Source of the DNA: Nitrosarchaeum sp.
GTDB lineage: Archaea > Thermoproteota > Nitrososphaeria > Nitrososphaerales > Nitrosopumilaceae
Direction of reading: 5' to 3'
Assembly (NCBI GenBank): GCA_965223865.1
Contig: OZ245020.1
Span: 1,728,001 to 1,792,000 of the forward strand
Length of the DNA: 64,000 nt
Within the stretch, counting starts at the first letter, position 1. Every line of letters starts with the position of its first letter. Both the position numbers and the translations under genes were made by a program. Of this stretch, positions 1 through 10,351 are shown one piece after another. The notes under the pieces were generated by a model. The model did no database searches. It was not told the origin of the DNA and saw only the letters and a list, made by a program, of their open reading frames with translations.

Positions 1-567
1 GATTCAGGATATTCAATACCAGATGTGATTCAAACGGATGCAGCAATTAATCCTGGAAATTCTGGTGGGCCTCTATTGAATATGAGAGGCGAAATTGTAG
101 GAATTAACACAGCAATACAATCAGCCACAGGCGAGTTTACAGGAGTAGGATTTGCAGTACCATCACAAACAATTGCAAAAATTGTTCCAAATTTAATTTC
201 TAAAGGAGAATACGATCATCCATGGATTGGTATTTCGGGTAGAGATATCGATCCTGACTTAGCCAAAGTTCTTAATTTAACTGATGCCGTAGGATTTCTC
301 ATTGTCACAGTAATAGACGGTAGTCCTGCAGATAAAGCAGGTTTACGCGGATCCGAAGGCACAGTATCACTTGAAGGGATAAACTATCCAAAAGGAGGAG
401 ACATAATTTTATCTGTCGATGGAATTGAAGTTAGACAGATTGATGATATTTTAATTCATCTTCAAAGAGCAAAATCAGTTGGAGACGAAATGGTATTGGA
501 AGTTTTAAGGGATGGAAGAACAACTAACATCACAGTCACCTTACAAGAAAGACCAAATGGCAGTTAA
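1..567 (+). CDS. HtrA/DegP-family trypsin-like serine protease with PDZ domain (5' end outside window)
   Basis: Frame open from base 1; [16 protein letters not shown] catalytic Ser motif followed by a PDZ-like segment (GSPADKAGL...GDIILSVDG). Confidence 0.93.
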   Translation, partial: DSGYSIPDVIQTDAAINPGNSGGPLLNMRGEIVGINTAIQSATGEFTGVGFAVPSQTIAKIVPNLISKGEYDHPWIGISGRDIDPDLAKVLNLTDAVGFLIVTVIDGSPADKAGLRGSEGTVSLEGINYPKGGDIILSVDGIEVRQIDDILIHLQRAKSVGDEMVLEVLRDGRTTNITVTLQERPNGS

Positions 568-608
568 GAGAATCAAGCATAAATACTCCTAGAAAAGATT
601 GTTTTCTG

Positions 609-1778
609 TTGAACAAACTTGTATTAAACTCAGAAAGTTTAAACAACGTTTTAGAAGATAAAGAGATCAATCGTGATGATATTATTCAAATTTATCAAAA
701 TTCCCTTAACAACCCAAATGAGTTATTTTTGGCAGCTCAAAGGTTAAGAAAAAAATTCAAGAGTAACTCGGTAACATTTTCAAAGAAAGTATTTTTTAAT
801 TTAATTAATTTATGTAAGGATTCTTGTTCGTACTGCACATACAAAGCAGAACCAGGAGAGAAAAAGATTTCCTTAATGTCAAAAAATCAAATTTCTCAAT
901 TACTCGTTCTTGCCAAAAAATATCGTTGTGTAGAAGTATTATTTGTCACAGGAGAACAACCAGAACAAAAATACCAAGAAGCAAGAGATTGGCTCAAAGA
1001 AAATGGATTTAGTTCAACTGCAGAATATTTAATCCATTCATCAGAGATGGCATTAGAGAAAGGAATGTTTCCACACACGAATGCAGGTAATTTGGAAATA
1101 TCAGAAATGAAAGAATTGAAAAAAACAAATGTCTCAATGGGATTAATGCTTGAAAATATCAGTGAAAGGTTAACAGAGAGAGGAATGCCACACTATTTGG
1201 CAGCTAGTAAAAGGCCCAAGGCAAGAATGGAAATTTTAGAAAATTCGGGAAGATTAAAAATACCAATGACCACAGGAATCCTAGTAGGGATTGGTGAAAC
1301 CCCAGCGGAGATAATTGATTCAATTTTTGCAATAAAAAAACTCCAACAAAAATATGGAAATATTCAAGAAGTGATTTTACAAAATTTCCAACCAAAGCAA
1401 GACACTAGGATGAATAATTTTCCTTCAGCTAATCAGAACTATTTCAAAATTATTGTTGCATTGTCCAGAGTGATAATGCCAGAGATGAACATACAGATTC
1501 CTCCAAATTTGTCTCCAAAATCATATCAAAGTTTTCTTTCTGTTGGGATTAATGACTGGGGAGGAATATCTCCACTAACGCCAGATTATGTAAATCCTGA
1601 ATTTTCGTGGCCAGAAATTAGCAAAATAGAAGAAAATTCAAAAAAAGCAGGTTTTAATTTAAAATGTAGATTTCCTGTTTATCCAGAATTTTTTACATTT
1701 GTTAGTAAACAGTTAAGAAATAAGATGGCGATAATTGAAGATGAAGAAGGATTGGTAAAAGAGGAATACTGGAAATGA
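609..1778 (+). CDS. cofG: FO synthase subunit CofG (radical SAM)
   Basis: CKDSCSYC cluster motif, PHTNAG, IQEVILQNF, NDWGGISPLTPDYVNPE; overlaps cofH. Confidence 0.93.
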   Translation: MNKLVLNSESLNNVLEDKEINRDDIIQIYQNSLNNPNELFLAAQRLRKKFKSNSVTFSKKVFFNLINLCKDSCSYCTYKAEPGEKKISLMSKNQISQLLVLAKKYRCVEVLFVTGEQPEQKYQEARDWLKENGFSSTAEYLIHSSEMALEKGMFPHTNAGNLEISEMKELKKTNVSMGLMLENISERLTERGMPHYLAASKRPKARMEILENSGRLKIPMTTGILVGIGETPAEIIDSIFAIKKLQQKYGNIQEVILQNFQPKQDTRMNNFPSANQNYFKIIVALSRVIMPEMNIQIPPNLSPKSYQSFLSVGINDWGGISPLTPDYVNPEFSWPEISKIEENSKKAGFNLKCRFPVYPEFFTFVSKQLRNKMAIIEDEEGLVKEEYWK

Positions 1779-3031
1779 ATAACATCGATTTATTGCTCAA
1801 ACATGCAGATTCACAAGTTGCTGAAATTCTAAACAAGGCACTAGATGACAAAGAAATATCACCTCAAGAAGGCACAACATTATACAATACAACGGATCTC
1901 AATTTTCATTTAGTTGGAATGGTAGCCGATGAGTTAAGGAGAAAACGAGTAGGCCAGACTGTTACCTATGTTGTCAATAGAAATATCAATTTCACTAATG
2001 TTTGTATCAAACAATGTGGTTTTTGTGCTTTTAGTCGAGACTTTAGAGAAGAGGAGGGATATTTTCTTCCCACAGAAGAAATTGTAAGACGTGCAAAAGA
2101 GGCGCATCAATTAGGGGCAACTGAAGTGTGCATCCAAGCAGGGCTTCCGCCAGACATGGATGAGAATTTGTACGAAAATATCTGTAGAGCGATAAAAAAA
2201 GAAATTCCAGACATACACATTCATGGATTTTCACCCGAAGAAGTGCTTTATGGAGCATCAAGAGCAAATACTTCCATTAGAGAATATCTAAAAAGACTCA
2301 AAGAATCAGGAGTCAATACACTTCCTGGAACTGCCGCAGAAATTTTAGATCAATCGCTAAGAGACAAGATTTCGCCAGGTAGAATTAGCGTAAAAGACTG
2401 GATTGAAGTAATTAAAACTGCACACAATCTCGGAATCAATACGACATCTACTATGATGTTTGGACATATTGAGACGCCAGAAGACAGAGTAAATCACATT
2501 GCAAAGATTAGAGAAATACAAAAGGAAACTGGTGGATTTACTGAATTTGTTCCCTTAAATTTTGTTCATAGCGAAGCTCCTATGTACAAACATCAGCTCC
2601 ATGAAGGAATAAAACAGGGAGGAAGTGGGAACGACGTATTACTAACTCATGCTGTTGCAAGGATAATGCTAAACAAATACATTGACAACATCCAGATGTC
2701 TTGGGTTAAAGAAGGACAAAAAATGTCTCAGTTATTGCTCATGTGGGGAGCAAATGATTTTGGTGGAACTCTAATAAATGAAAGCATTTCAACATCTGCA
2801 GGATCTGAACATGGCCAGTTACTAAGACCAAAAGAAATTAGAAGAATGATACGAGAAATAGGAAGAGTGCCAGCTGAGAGAAACACCAATTACAAAAAGC
2901 TTCGAATATTTGATGAAGAAAAAGAAACAGAGGAAGGATTGGATAATATAGCAGATCCTTCTCAATTCGGATCATACGCAGAGTTGATAAAAATAAACAA
3001 ATTCCATTATATTAATCCAAGGAGAAAGTAA
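1775..3031 (+). CDS. cofH: FO synthase subunit CofH (radical SAM)
   Basis: VTYVVNRNINFTNVCIKQCGFCAFS, PGTAAEIL, GANDFGGTLINESIS; paired with cofG. Confidence 0.93.
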   Translation: MNNIDLLLKHADSQVAEILNKALDDKEISPQEGTTLYNTTDLNFHLVGMVADELRRKRVGQTVTYVVNRNINFTNVCIKQCGFCAFSRDFREEEGYFLPTEEIVRRAKEAHQLGATEVCIQAGLPPDMDENLYENICRAIKKEIPDIHIHGFSPEEVLYGASRANTSIREYLKRLKESGVNTLPGTAAEILDQSLRDKISPGRISVKDWIEVIKTAHNLGINTTSTMMFGHIETPEDRVNHIAKIREIQKETGGFTEFVPLNFVHSEAPMYKHQLHEGIKQGGSGNDVLLTHAVARIMLNKYIDNIQMSWVKEGQKMSQLLLMWGANDFGGTLINESISTSAGSEHGQLLRPKEIRRMIREIGRVPAERNTNYKKLRIFDEEKETEEGLDNIADPSQFGSYAELIKINKFHYINPRRK

Positions 3032-4390
3032 TTGACTGCCTTTGGAAAGGCAATAAAATTTTCAAAAAAATTTGGAATTGATGAATGTGAGATAGTATTT
3101 GTAAAAAAGAAAACAACAACAATTAGAATTACAGATTCAGAAATTGCAGAAATTAAACAAAATTTTGATGAAAATTATGGCATAAGAATAATCCATCAAA
3201 AGAAGATATCATCATTTCAATCAACTAATGAAAATGAAATAGAAAATACTATTGAAAAATCACTAAAGACAGTAACGAATCTTAAAGCCAAGAACTTCTG
3301 GAAAAATTTACCTCTTACAATAAACTATAACCCCATAAATGGAACAAGAGATGAAAAATTAGAAAGGATTTCAGGAACAGATACAATTGACATCGCACAA
3401 AATATGATAAATTCTGCAAAAAATGAAAAAATTAATTCAATTTCAGGCTCACTTAATATTGTTTCAGAAAATTTTGAGATTGCGAATTCAAGTGGTCTTG
3501 AGCTAAAAGATAAGGCCACATACATTTCAGGGATGATCAATGCAGAATCAAAAATAGGACAAATTCCGGTATCAGGTATAGGGCAAGAATGTTGTAGAAC
3601 ATTGACAGAGTTTTCAGCAGAGAAAATAGGGCAAGATGCAAAAAAAATGTGCATCGAATCAATCAATCCAAAAAAATGTGAAACCAATACATACTCTGTA
3701 ATTTTTGAACCATATTCTGTAGGAGAGTTACTAGCGTTTGTTTTTGTGTCAAATTTTAATTTTAAAATTCTTTCAGAGAGAAAAAGCTGTTTTTCAAATA
3801 ATTTTCATGACAAAGTTGCCGTTGATGAGTTTAGCTTAATTGATGATCCACATGTTCCAGAAGGAATTGGAACAAAACCATTTGATGATGAAGGAATAAA
3901 AACAAATCCCAGATATTTCATAGAAAAAGGTATTTTCAAAAATACATTTTCAAATCTTTTTGATAGTTACAAAGAAAATACAGAATCAACGGGTAACGCA
4001 TCAAGACCAGGATCTCCCATGGGTAGAAGCTCTGAATCAATTCCAATTTCATCACCTCACAATCTCAGAGTAAAATTAGGAAACACATCACAAGAAGAGA
4101 TGATCAAAGATACAAAACTTGGACTACTAGTAGGAAGATTGTGGTATACTTATGCAGTTAATCCAATTAAGGGAGATTTTTCATGTACTGCAAGAAGTGG
4201 AATTAGAATTATCGAAAATGGAGAGATTAAAAATCCTGGAAAATCGGTTAGAATAATTCATAACCTGCCTATTTTATTGCAAAACATTTCAGCCATTGGC
4301 AATAATGAGAAAAATGTTCTCCAGTGGGCATCACTGCCTTCAATAACACCTTCAATTAAAGTAGAAAACATCAAGGCAATTTCAATTTAA
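3032..4390 (+). CDS. TldD/PmbA family protein (PmbA/TldE-like, no HExxxH seen)
   Basis: IDDP...PFDDEG, STGNA, NPIKGDFS motifs. Confidence 0.88.
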   Translation: MTAFGKAIKFSKKFGIDECEIVFVKKKTTTIRITDSEIAEIKQNFDENYGIRIIHQKKISSFQSTNENEIENTIEKSLKTVTNLKAKNFWKNLPLTINYNPINGTRDEKLERISGTDTIDIAQNMINSAKNEKINSISGSLNIVSENFEIANSSGLELKDKATYISGMINAESKIGQIPVSGIGQECCRTLTEFSAEKIGQDAKKMCIESINPKKCETNTYSVIFEPYSVGELLAFVFVSNFNFKILSERKSCFSNNFHDKVAVDEFSLIDDPHVPEGIGTKPFDDEGIKTNPRYFIEKGIFKNTFSNLFDSYKENTESTGNASRPGSPMGRSSESIPISSPHNLRVKLGNTSQEEMIKDTKLGLLVGRLWYTYAVNPIKGDFSCTARSGIRIIENGEIKNPGKSVRIIHNLPILLQNISAIGNNEKNVLQWASLPSITPSIKVENIKAISI

Positions 4391-4424
4391 TATAGTTTTT
4401 CAATTATAAAATAGGTTTTATTCA

Positions 4425-5369
4425 TCAATTAAGCAAAAAACTGGAAACAAGATATATCACATATGCAATGACAAGTCCAAATCCCATCTTCCTGTTAATT
4501 ATGCCAGTCATCATTGCAATCAACAATCCAAAGCTAAACGCCATCATTATGACATAATCATAAAATACATCACCTGCTACAGCTACGCCTGTAAGTGCAG
4601 ATGCCACTCCCATAATCATCAAAATGTTGTAGATGTTACTACCAATGATGTTTCCAACTCCAATATCCGAATGACCTTTTCTTATTGCAATTATAGAGGT
4701 AATCAGTTCGGGCAATGAAGTGCCAATGGCAATTACAGTTAATCCGATTATTCTTTCTGAAATCCCTAGGGTTTGTGCAATTATTACAGCATTGTCTACT
4801 GTAAGTTCTGCTCCAACATATAGAAGCACCACCCCTACACCAATTAGTCCCAATGCACGAAGATACACATTCTTTCTTTCTGGAAAAGATTCATCAATTT
4901 CTTCTTCCCGTTGAGACTTTGCTTGGCGATATGTGTAAATTGTAAATGCGATTAGTAATCCAACTAAAAGAAGTCCATCATATTGAGAAATTGTTCCATC
5001 TATAGATAATACAATTAACAGTAAGGAAAAACCGAGCATTATCGGCATTTCTTTTTTCAATGTTGTCTTTTTTACAACAAGTGGAATCATTATTGCAGCA
5101 ACGCCAATTACCATGCCAATATTTGCAATGTTACTTCCCACAATATTTCCTAAAATAATGGCACTATGCTCACCAGCTGCAGCTATGCTTGCTGCAAGCT
5201 CTGGAGTTGATGTACCATATGCAACCACCGTCATTCCAATAATGAGATTACTGATTCGAAGTTTCTTTGCAATTGCAACACCCCCATTTACAAGCCAGTT
5301 TCCACCGTAACAGAGCATGACTAGTCCCAAAACCGTCAAGCCTGCATTAACTAGGACATTCAATTCCAT
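4425..5369 (-). CDS. Na+/Ca2+ exchanger (CaCA, YrbG-like)
   Basis: Two alpha repeats: GTSTPEL...GNIVGSNIAN and GTSLPEL...GNIIGSNIYN; about 10 TM segments. Confidence 0.93.
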   Translation of the reverse strand: MELNVLVNAGLTVLGLVMLCYGGNWLVNGGVAIAKKLRISNLIIGMTVVAYGTSTPELAASIAAAGEHSAIILGNIVGSNIANIGMVIGVAAIMIPLVVKKTTLKKEMPIMLGFSLLLIVLSIDGTISQYDGLLLVGLLIAFTIYTYRQAKSQREEEIDESFPERKNVYLRALGLIGVGVVLLYVGAELTVDNAVIIAQTLGISERIIGLTVIAIGTSLPELITSIIAIRKGHSDIGVGNIIGSNIYNILMIMGVASALTGVAVAGDVFYDYVIMMAFSFGLLIAMMTGIINRKMGFGLVIAYVIYLVSSFLLN

Positions 5370-6387
5370 GAAAAAACATCAAAACTAGCCTGTTTAAATG
5401 GGATGATTACTCCTTGTGACCCAGTATAAAGCAGATTTTGACCAAAGGCAAAAAAATTCATGATTTAATAGATAAAGGGGGTCAGCAGATCTTGAATATA
5501 TCCTCTCAACATAAATCAGAAGTGCTGGAAAAAAATTGTCAAGTAAAAAATTCAGATAAATCAATGAGTTATAATGAATTAGATCTTTTAAAATATCAAA
5601 AAATCTCTTTAAATGGGAGAATTTCAAGTAAGAACAGAAATTAAATGGCTTTCCATGATTTTTTTCATTGACTAGAGCAAAATGACTGATCATCAAAAAC
5701 TAAAAACAAAAAAACTAGTTTTGTAAGGTATCTTTGATACCTAACAGAACTGTTTCCCTATCAAAAGAGTCAGGGTCTATCTTTTGTTTTAAAATTTGTT
5801 GTTTCATCTATTCTCTAAAGTTTTATTTAGTCAAAGCAGAATAATAAATCGAATCTATATAGAATACTGTTTTTAAAACAAATTAAGAAAAACATTGTAA
5901 AAAAACAGAAGTTTGTAATTAAAGAAATATTATTTAGAGGACTCAAGACAATCTAAGAGTTTTCCATATTGGTGTCATTATAGTCATAACAACAACATCA
6001 TTACAAGTTTTGATTAAAAAATTCATGAATTATTAACTCACGCAAATTTTGAAAAAAATTGTGAAAGTAATTTTTTACATCAAATGTATCATATGTCATA
6101 AAACAAATTTCAGGCATTAATTTCAAATCCAAGTTTAAGATATGACTGAAATGAGACTAAAAGTATAGAGATTTCATATTCAAGTGCCAATAAAAGACAG
6201 TGAATAAATCAAATGAAAAACAAAAGCAACATAATTCTCTCAATTAAAAAAATAAAATGTAAACAGAGATGGTCATCATACTTGTGAGACTTAATAATTA
6301 TTAAATGGTTTCATAATTTACCATATGAATTTTAATATAATTTTGGAAATACTTTATATTTATCAATTTCTTATTAGAAATAAGAAA

Positions 6388-6528
6388 ATGTCATGGGTGG
6401 TTCGATGTCCAACACATGGGAAGATAATAGCACAATACCGATGTGAAGGAATGACACAGCTGGAAAAACATAGTAAAGAAGATAAAATTGATGAACTCTG
6501 TTTTCTTTATGAGGATCCTGATAGCTAA
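6388..6528 (+). CDS. Small Cys/His-containing hypothetical protein (46 aa, MSWVVRCPTHG...)
   Basis: ATG at 6388 preceded ~30 nt upstream by TTTATATT; CPTHG, H and C residues suggest metal binding. Confidence 0.55.
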   Translation: MSWVVRCPTHGKIIAQYRCEGMTQLEKHSKEDKIDELCFLYEDPDS

Positions 6529-6719
6529 CCAAATTATGGATAATTTTCAGGAAAACCAGGAATTGGCATTTTCTTCAATTGGGTTTAGTCGTATTTTGGA
6601 GATAGTAAGAATACACAGCGCCTGCAAAATCCAAGTATTTTAACAAACTAGGCATAAATGGTGTAAAAAAACCAGCTATAAGGATCAACAAAGTTCTGGT
6701 TTAAGATTAATAAGGTAAT

Positions 6720-6738
6720 ATACCGTACCATACGGTAT
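6720..6738. promoter_or_regulatory. Palindromic operator candidate ATACCGTA-CCA-TACGGTAT overlapping the wHTH gene start
   Basis: Perfect 8-bp inverted repeat with 3-bp spacer, just downstream of the AT-rich TATA-like ATTAATAA and overlapping the first ATG. Confidence 0.5.
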
Positions 6739-7084
6739 GATGCGAGCAAGACTAACATATGTACCTGTAGAGGTAGCAGATCAATTTGAAGATTTTATCA
6801 TAAAAAGAGACGAGCAAGTACTTGATGCAGTAAAGGCAAGAACAAGGGATTATAGCACATTGTCCCTTTTGAAACTGCTGTATCAGCTTAGAGGAAATCC
6901 AATGACGTTTTCGGATTTGTATTCAAAATCAAAGATCAGAATGAAAAAGTCATTTCTGAATTACTTGCACCTATGTGTTGATTACAACTTTGTGAAAAAA
7001 GAGCCAGTAGGATCTAATGTGATATATTCTATAACAGACAAAGGAAGAATTATGCTGGACCTGTTCATGCAGAAAAACAACTAA
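6737..7084 (+). CDS. Winged helix-turn-helix DNA-binding protein
   Basis: MTFSDLY...SFLNYLHLC...YSITDKGRIMLDLF, the typical archaeal wHTH wing/YxITxKG motif. Confidence 0.85.
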   Translation: MMRARLTYVPVEVADQFEDFIIKRDEQVLDAVKARTRDYSTLSLLKLLYQLRGNPMTFSDLYSKSKIRMKKSFLNYLHLCVDYNFVKKEPVGSNVIYSITDKGRIMLDLFMQKNN

Positions 7085-7174
7085 ACATAGCAAGATAAAA
7101 AATAGAAAACGTCTAACACTTTGGTTACAAAATACTTAGTCAGTAGAGTAATTAGACAGAATAAATCGACGTAA

Positions 7175-7903
7175 ATGATGCAAAAGGGATTTCCAGAAGC
7201 AGAAGTATTTGAATTTAAAAAAATAGAACACAATAGCCCCATAATATTTGCAGGCTTTGTTGGTGCGGGATTGGTAGGTCCAATTGCAATTACTCACATA
7301 ATTGAACAGTTAGATATGAAAGAGATTGCAGTATTGAGATCAAAACATCTTCCACCGTCAACAGTGTTCATGAAAGGCAGACTGCGTCATCCTTTCAGAT
7401 TTTATGCAGATGAAAAAGGAACAGTGTGTGCAATAATTTGTGAAATCACATTAAGAATGGAAGGTCTTTATTCAATAGTATCGACGATTTTGGATTGGGC
7501 AGCAACAAAAGGCTCAAAGGAGATTGTTATTTTAGATGGAGTTGCAAGTAATGAACATGACAATAAGGCATATTGTGCAGCTGAAGAAGATTTAGTAAGA
7601 ACAATGGCAGACCGAGACATCAGTATGATTCCACAAGGATTCATCACTGGTCTTCCAGGAGGAATTTTAAATGAATGTCTGGTAAGAGAAATTCAAGGAA
7701 TTACATTATTGGCAAAAGCTAACAAAATATCACCAGATCCAGTGGCATCAGCAACTCTAATAGAGGCATTAAATAGATTCTATTTCATGAATATAGACAC
7801 GACAGAACTAAAGGAGGAAAAAGAGAGAGTACATTCAGAATTCAGCGAATTGTCTCAGAAATACATAGAACACAGAGAAGAGATAGCTGGAATGTACATG
7901 TGA
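7175..7903 (+). CDS. Proteasome assembly chaperone (PAC2) family protein
   Basis: GFVGAGLVGPIA, HPFRFY, GFITGLPGGIL, PDPVASA motifs. Confidence 0.88.
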   Translation: MMQKGFPEAEVFEFKKIEHNSPIIFAGFVGAGLVGPIAITHIIEQLDMKEIAVLRSKHLPPSTVFMKGRLRHPFRFYADEKGTVCAIICEITLRMEGLYSIVSTILDWAATKGSKEIVILDGVASNEHDNKAYCAAEEDLVRTMADRDISMIPQGFITGLPGGILNECLVREIQGITLLAKANKISPDPVASATLIEALNRFYFMNIDTTELKEEKERVHSEFSELSQKYIEHREEIAGMYM

Positions 7904-7952
7904 TCGAATCATTAAGCAAATTCTTTTATTCAAAACAAATGGGCATCAAACT

Positions 7953-8975
7953 ATGGCTTTAACTTACAAAAAAGCTGGAGTAGATATTTCTAAAATTAAA
8001 AAAAGCCAAGTCGCAATTGGGAAATTAATTCAATCAACACATAAACTGCAAAAAATGGCAAAAATAACACACGGGTTTGGTCATTATGCAGGAATTGTTG
8101 AGATACAGGGTGGAAATCTTTTAGCTACCCATACTGATGGGGTTGGAACCAAAGTTGTGATTGCAAACATGATGAAAAAATACAACACAGTAGGAATTGA
8201 TTGTGTTGCAATGAATGTAAATGACATTATTTGTATTGGTGCAACGCCAATTTCATTTGTAGATTATATTGCTGCAAATAAAAATGATGTACAAATTTTT
8301 AAAAAAATCGTAGAAGGGTTGGTAAGCGGAGCAAAAAAATCAGCAATGCCAATTGTAGGAGGAGAGACTGCAATAATGCCAGATGTAATTGAAGGTAAAG
8401 GGTTTGCATTTGACCTGGCAGGAATGGTGGTAGGATTGGTTTCAAAAAAAGACATTGTTCTTGGAAATAAAATAAGAACAGGAGATGTAATTATAGGTGC
8501 AAAAAGTAGTGGCATTCACTCAAATGGATATTCACTTGCAAGAAAGGCACTTTTGTCAAAATATTCTGTAAAAGACAGAGTTAGGGGAATAGGAGTTATT
8601 GGAAATACACTATTGACTCCAACTGAGATTTATGTAAAACCAGTTTTAGAAATCGTTCAAAAATGCAAAGTAAATGGTTTAGCTCACATAACAGGAGGAG
8701 CATTTACAAAACTAATGAGACTCAAAAAAATAGGATACAATATTGAGTCCTTACCTAAATTACCTCCAATAATGGGGCTAATTGAAGAGCAGGGGGTAAA
8801 ACCAGAAGAGATGTACAAAACATTTAACATGGGTGTTGGTTTTTGTGTGGTAGCCCCAAAAGATCAAACAACAAGAATTAAATCAATTTTCAAAAAGCAT
8901 AAAATTTCAAGCCAAGAAATAGGGACAATAATATCAAAAAAAGGAGTTTTTGTAAACTCGTCTAAAATTACATAA
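7953..8975 (+). CDS. purM: Phosphoribosylformylglycinamidine cyclo-ligase (AIR synthetase)
   Basis: TYKKAGVD, TDGVGTK, GGETA, SSGIHSNGYSL, AHITGG, TFNMGVG. Confidence 0.97.
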   Translation: MALTYKKAGVDISKIKKSQVAIGKLIQSTHKLQKMAKITHGFGHYAGIVEIQGGNLLATHTDGVGTKVVIANMMKKYNTVGIDCVAMNVNDIICIGATPISFVDYIAANKNDVQIFKKIVEGLVSGAKKSAMPIVGGETAIMPDVIEGKGFAFDLAGMVVGLVSKKDIVLGNKIRTGDVIIGAKSSGIHSNGYSLARKALLSKYSVKDRVRGIGVIGNTLLTPTEIYVKPVLEIVQKCKVNGLAHITGGAFTKLMRLKKIGYNIESLPKLPPIMGLIEEQGVKPEEMYKTFNMGVGFCVVAPKDQTTRIKSIFKKHKISSQEIGTIISKKGVFVNSSKIT

Positions 8976-9049
8976 TTAGACAAATACGAAATATTTTTCG
9001 ACTAAATATCGCCTTATATTGGCCATTTCTAAATCTAGATTGACAACAA

Positions 9050-10294
9050 ATGGCAGCAGAAGCACATTTCATTGAGACAATCATTGGAGTTGGAATTTTA
9101 TTATTTGCTGCAAAATTAATGGCAGAATTATTTCTCAGACTCAAGCTTCCAATAGTTCTAGGCGAACTGATTGCAGGAATGGTCATAGGTCCATTTGCAT
9201 TAGGAGCTTATATCATTGGAGCAGATGGATTACCATTACTTCACATTAATGATGAGATTAGAGTTCTAGGAGAGATTGGCGCCATAGTTATTTTGTTCAT
9301 GGCAGGACTTGAGATGACACCAAAAGAATTTCTCAAGGGAGGAAAGGCATCCTTTACAGTGGGGACATTAGGTGTTGTTGTTCCGTTTTTCGCAGGATTG
9401 GCAGTTTTTCAAGTATTTGGTTTTGATGCATTACAATCTATGCTTATTGCAACAGCACTTACTGCAACAAGCATTGCAATTTCCATTCAAGTATTAAGTG
9501 AATTTGGAAAACTCAAAGCTCCAGAAGCTCGTCTAATTATTGGAGCTGCAGTAGTGGATGATATTTTGGCAATTGCAGTATTGTCTGTGGTAACATCAAT
9601 CGCAGGAGGAGATGGAGGAGTAGAAAATATCGACATCATGGAAGTTACAATCACAATTCTGCAGGTACTAGCATTCTTTGCAATAATGCTTGTGGTATCA
9701 GTTTTAGTAATCCCAAAAATAATTACACCACGATTATGGAAGGCAAAAGGCAGTGTAGAAGGAATTGCAACAGCGTCATTTTTTGGAGCAGCCGCACTTG
9801 CAGGCTCTATTGGACTATCACCTATCGTAGGAGCATTTGCAGTAGGCATGGCACTTTCTACAACCAAAGTATTTGAAAAAGTTGAAACATATATTGGAAA
9901 AATTGGTCTCATCTTTGCACCGTTATTTTTTGCAATTATCGGTGCACAAGTTGACTTTAGACAAGTAAGTTGGGAAATATTGATGCTTAGTGGAATAATT
10001 ATTGTTGTTGCAATTGCAACAAAATTGTTTGGATGTGGTCTTCCAGCAATGATGTTTTTGAAAAACAAAGCTCAAGGAATGAGAGTTGGAATAGGAATGA
10101 TTTCTAGAGGAGAAGTAGGATTGATTGTAGCCGGAGTGGGAGTATCCTCAGGTGTTTTGGCCTCAGATGTTTATTCAACAATTGTAATTATGGTTGCAGT
10201 AACTACAATCATCACACCAATATGGCTAAAGATGGAATACAAAAAGGAACAGAGAAGTGGTCAAGAACCAGCAGAAGTAAACAATTCCGAATAG
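9050..10294 (+). CDS. Cation:proton antiporter (CPA2/NapA-like)
   Basis: LFMAGLE, TATSIAIS, GAAVVDDI, GMISRGEVG; about 12 TM segments. Confidence 0.92.
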   Translation: MAAEAHFIETIIGVGILLFAAKLMAELFLRLKLPIVLGELIAGMVIGPFALGAYIIGADGLPLLHINDEIRVLGEIGAIVILFMAGLEMTPKEFLKGGKASFTVGTLGVVVPFFAGLAVFQVFGFDALQSMLIATALTATSIAISIQVLSEFGKLKAPEARLIIGAAVVDDILAIAVLSVVTSIAGGDGGVENIDIMEVTITILQVLAFFAIMLVVSVLVIPKIITPRLWKAKGSVEGIATASFFGAAALAGSIGLSPIVGAFAVGMALSTTKVFEKVETYIGKIGLIFAPLFFAIIGAQVDFRQVSWEILMLSGIIIVVAIATKLFGCGLPAMMFLKNKAQGMRVGIGMISRGEVGLIVAGVGVSSGVLASDVYSTIVIMVAVTTIITPIWLKMEYKKEQRSGQEPAEVNNSE

Positions 10295-10351
10295 AATCAA
10301 ATTGTTAAATTTCAAAAAATGTTAAATTATACTGAAGTAAATTTACAAAGA

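Noticed and set aside
5394-5696. ORFs 5394-5696 (-) and 5438-5644 (+)
   Set aside because: Overlapping, AT-driven composition, no motifs; cannot be supported as genes
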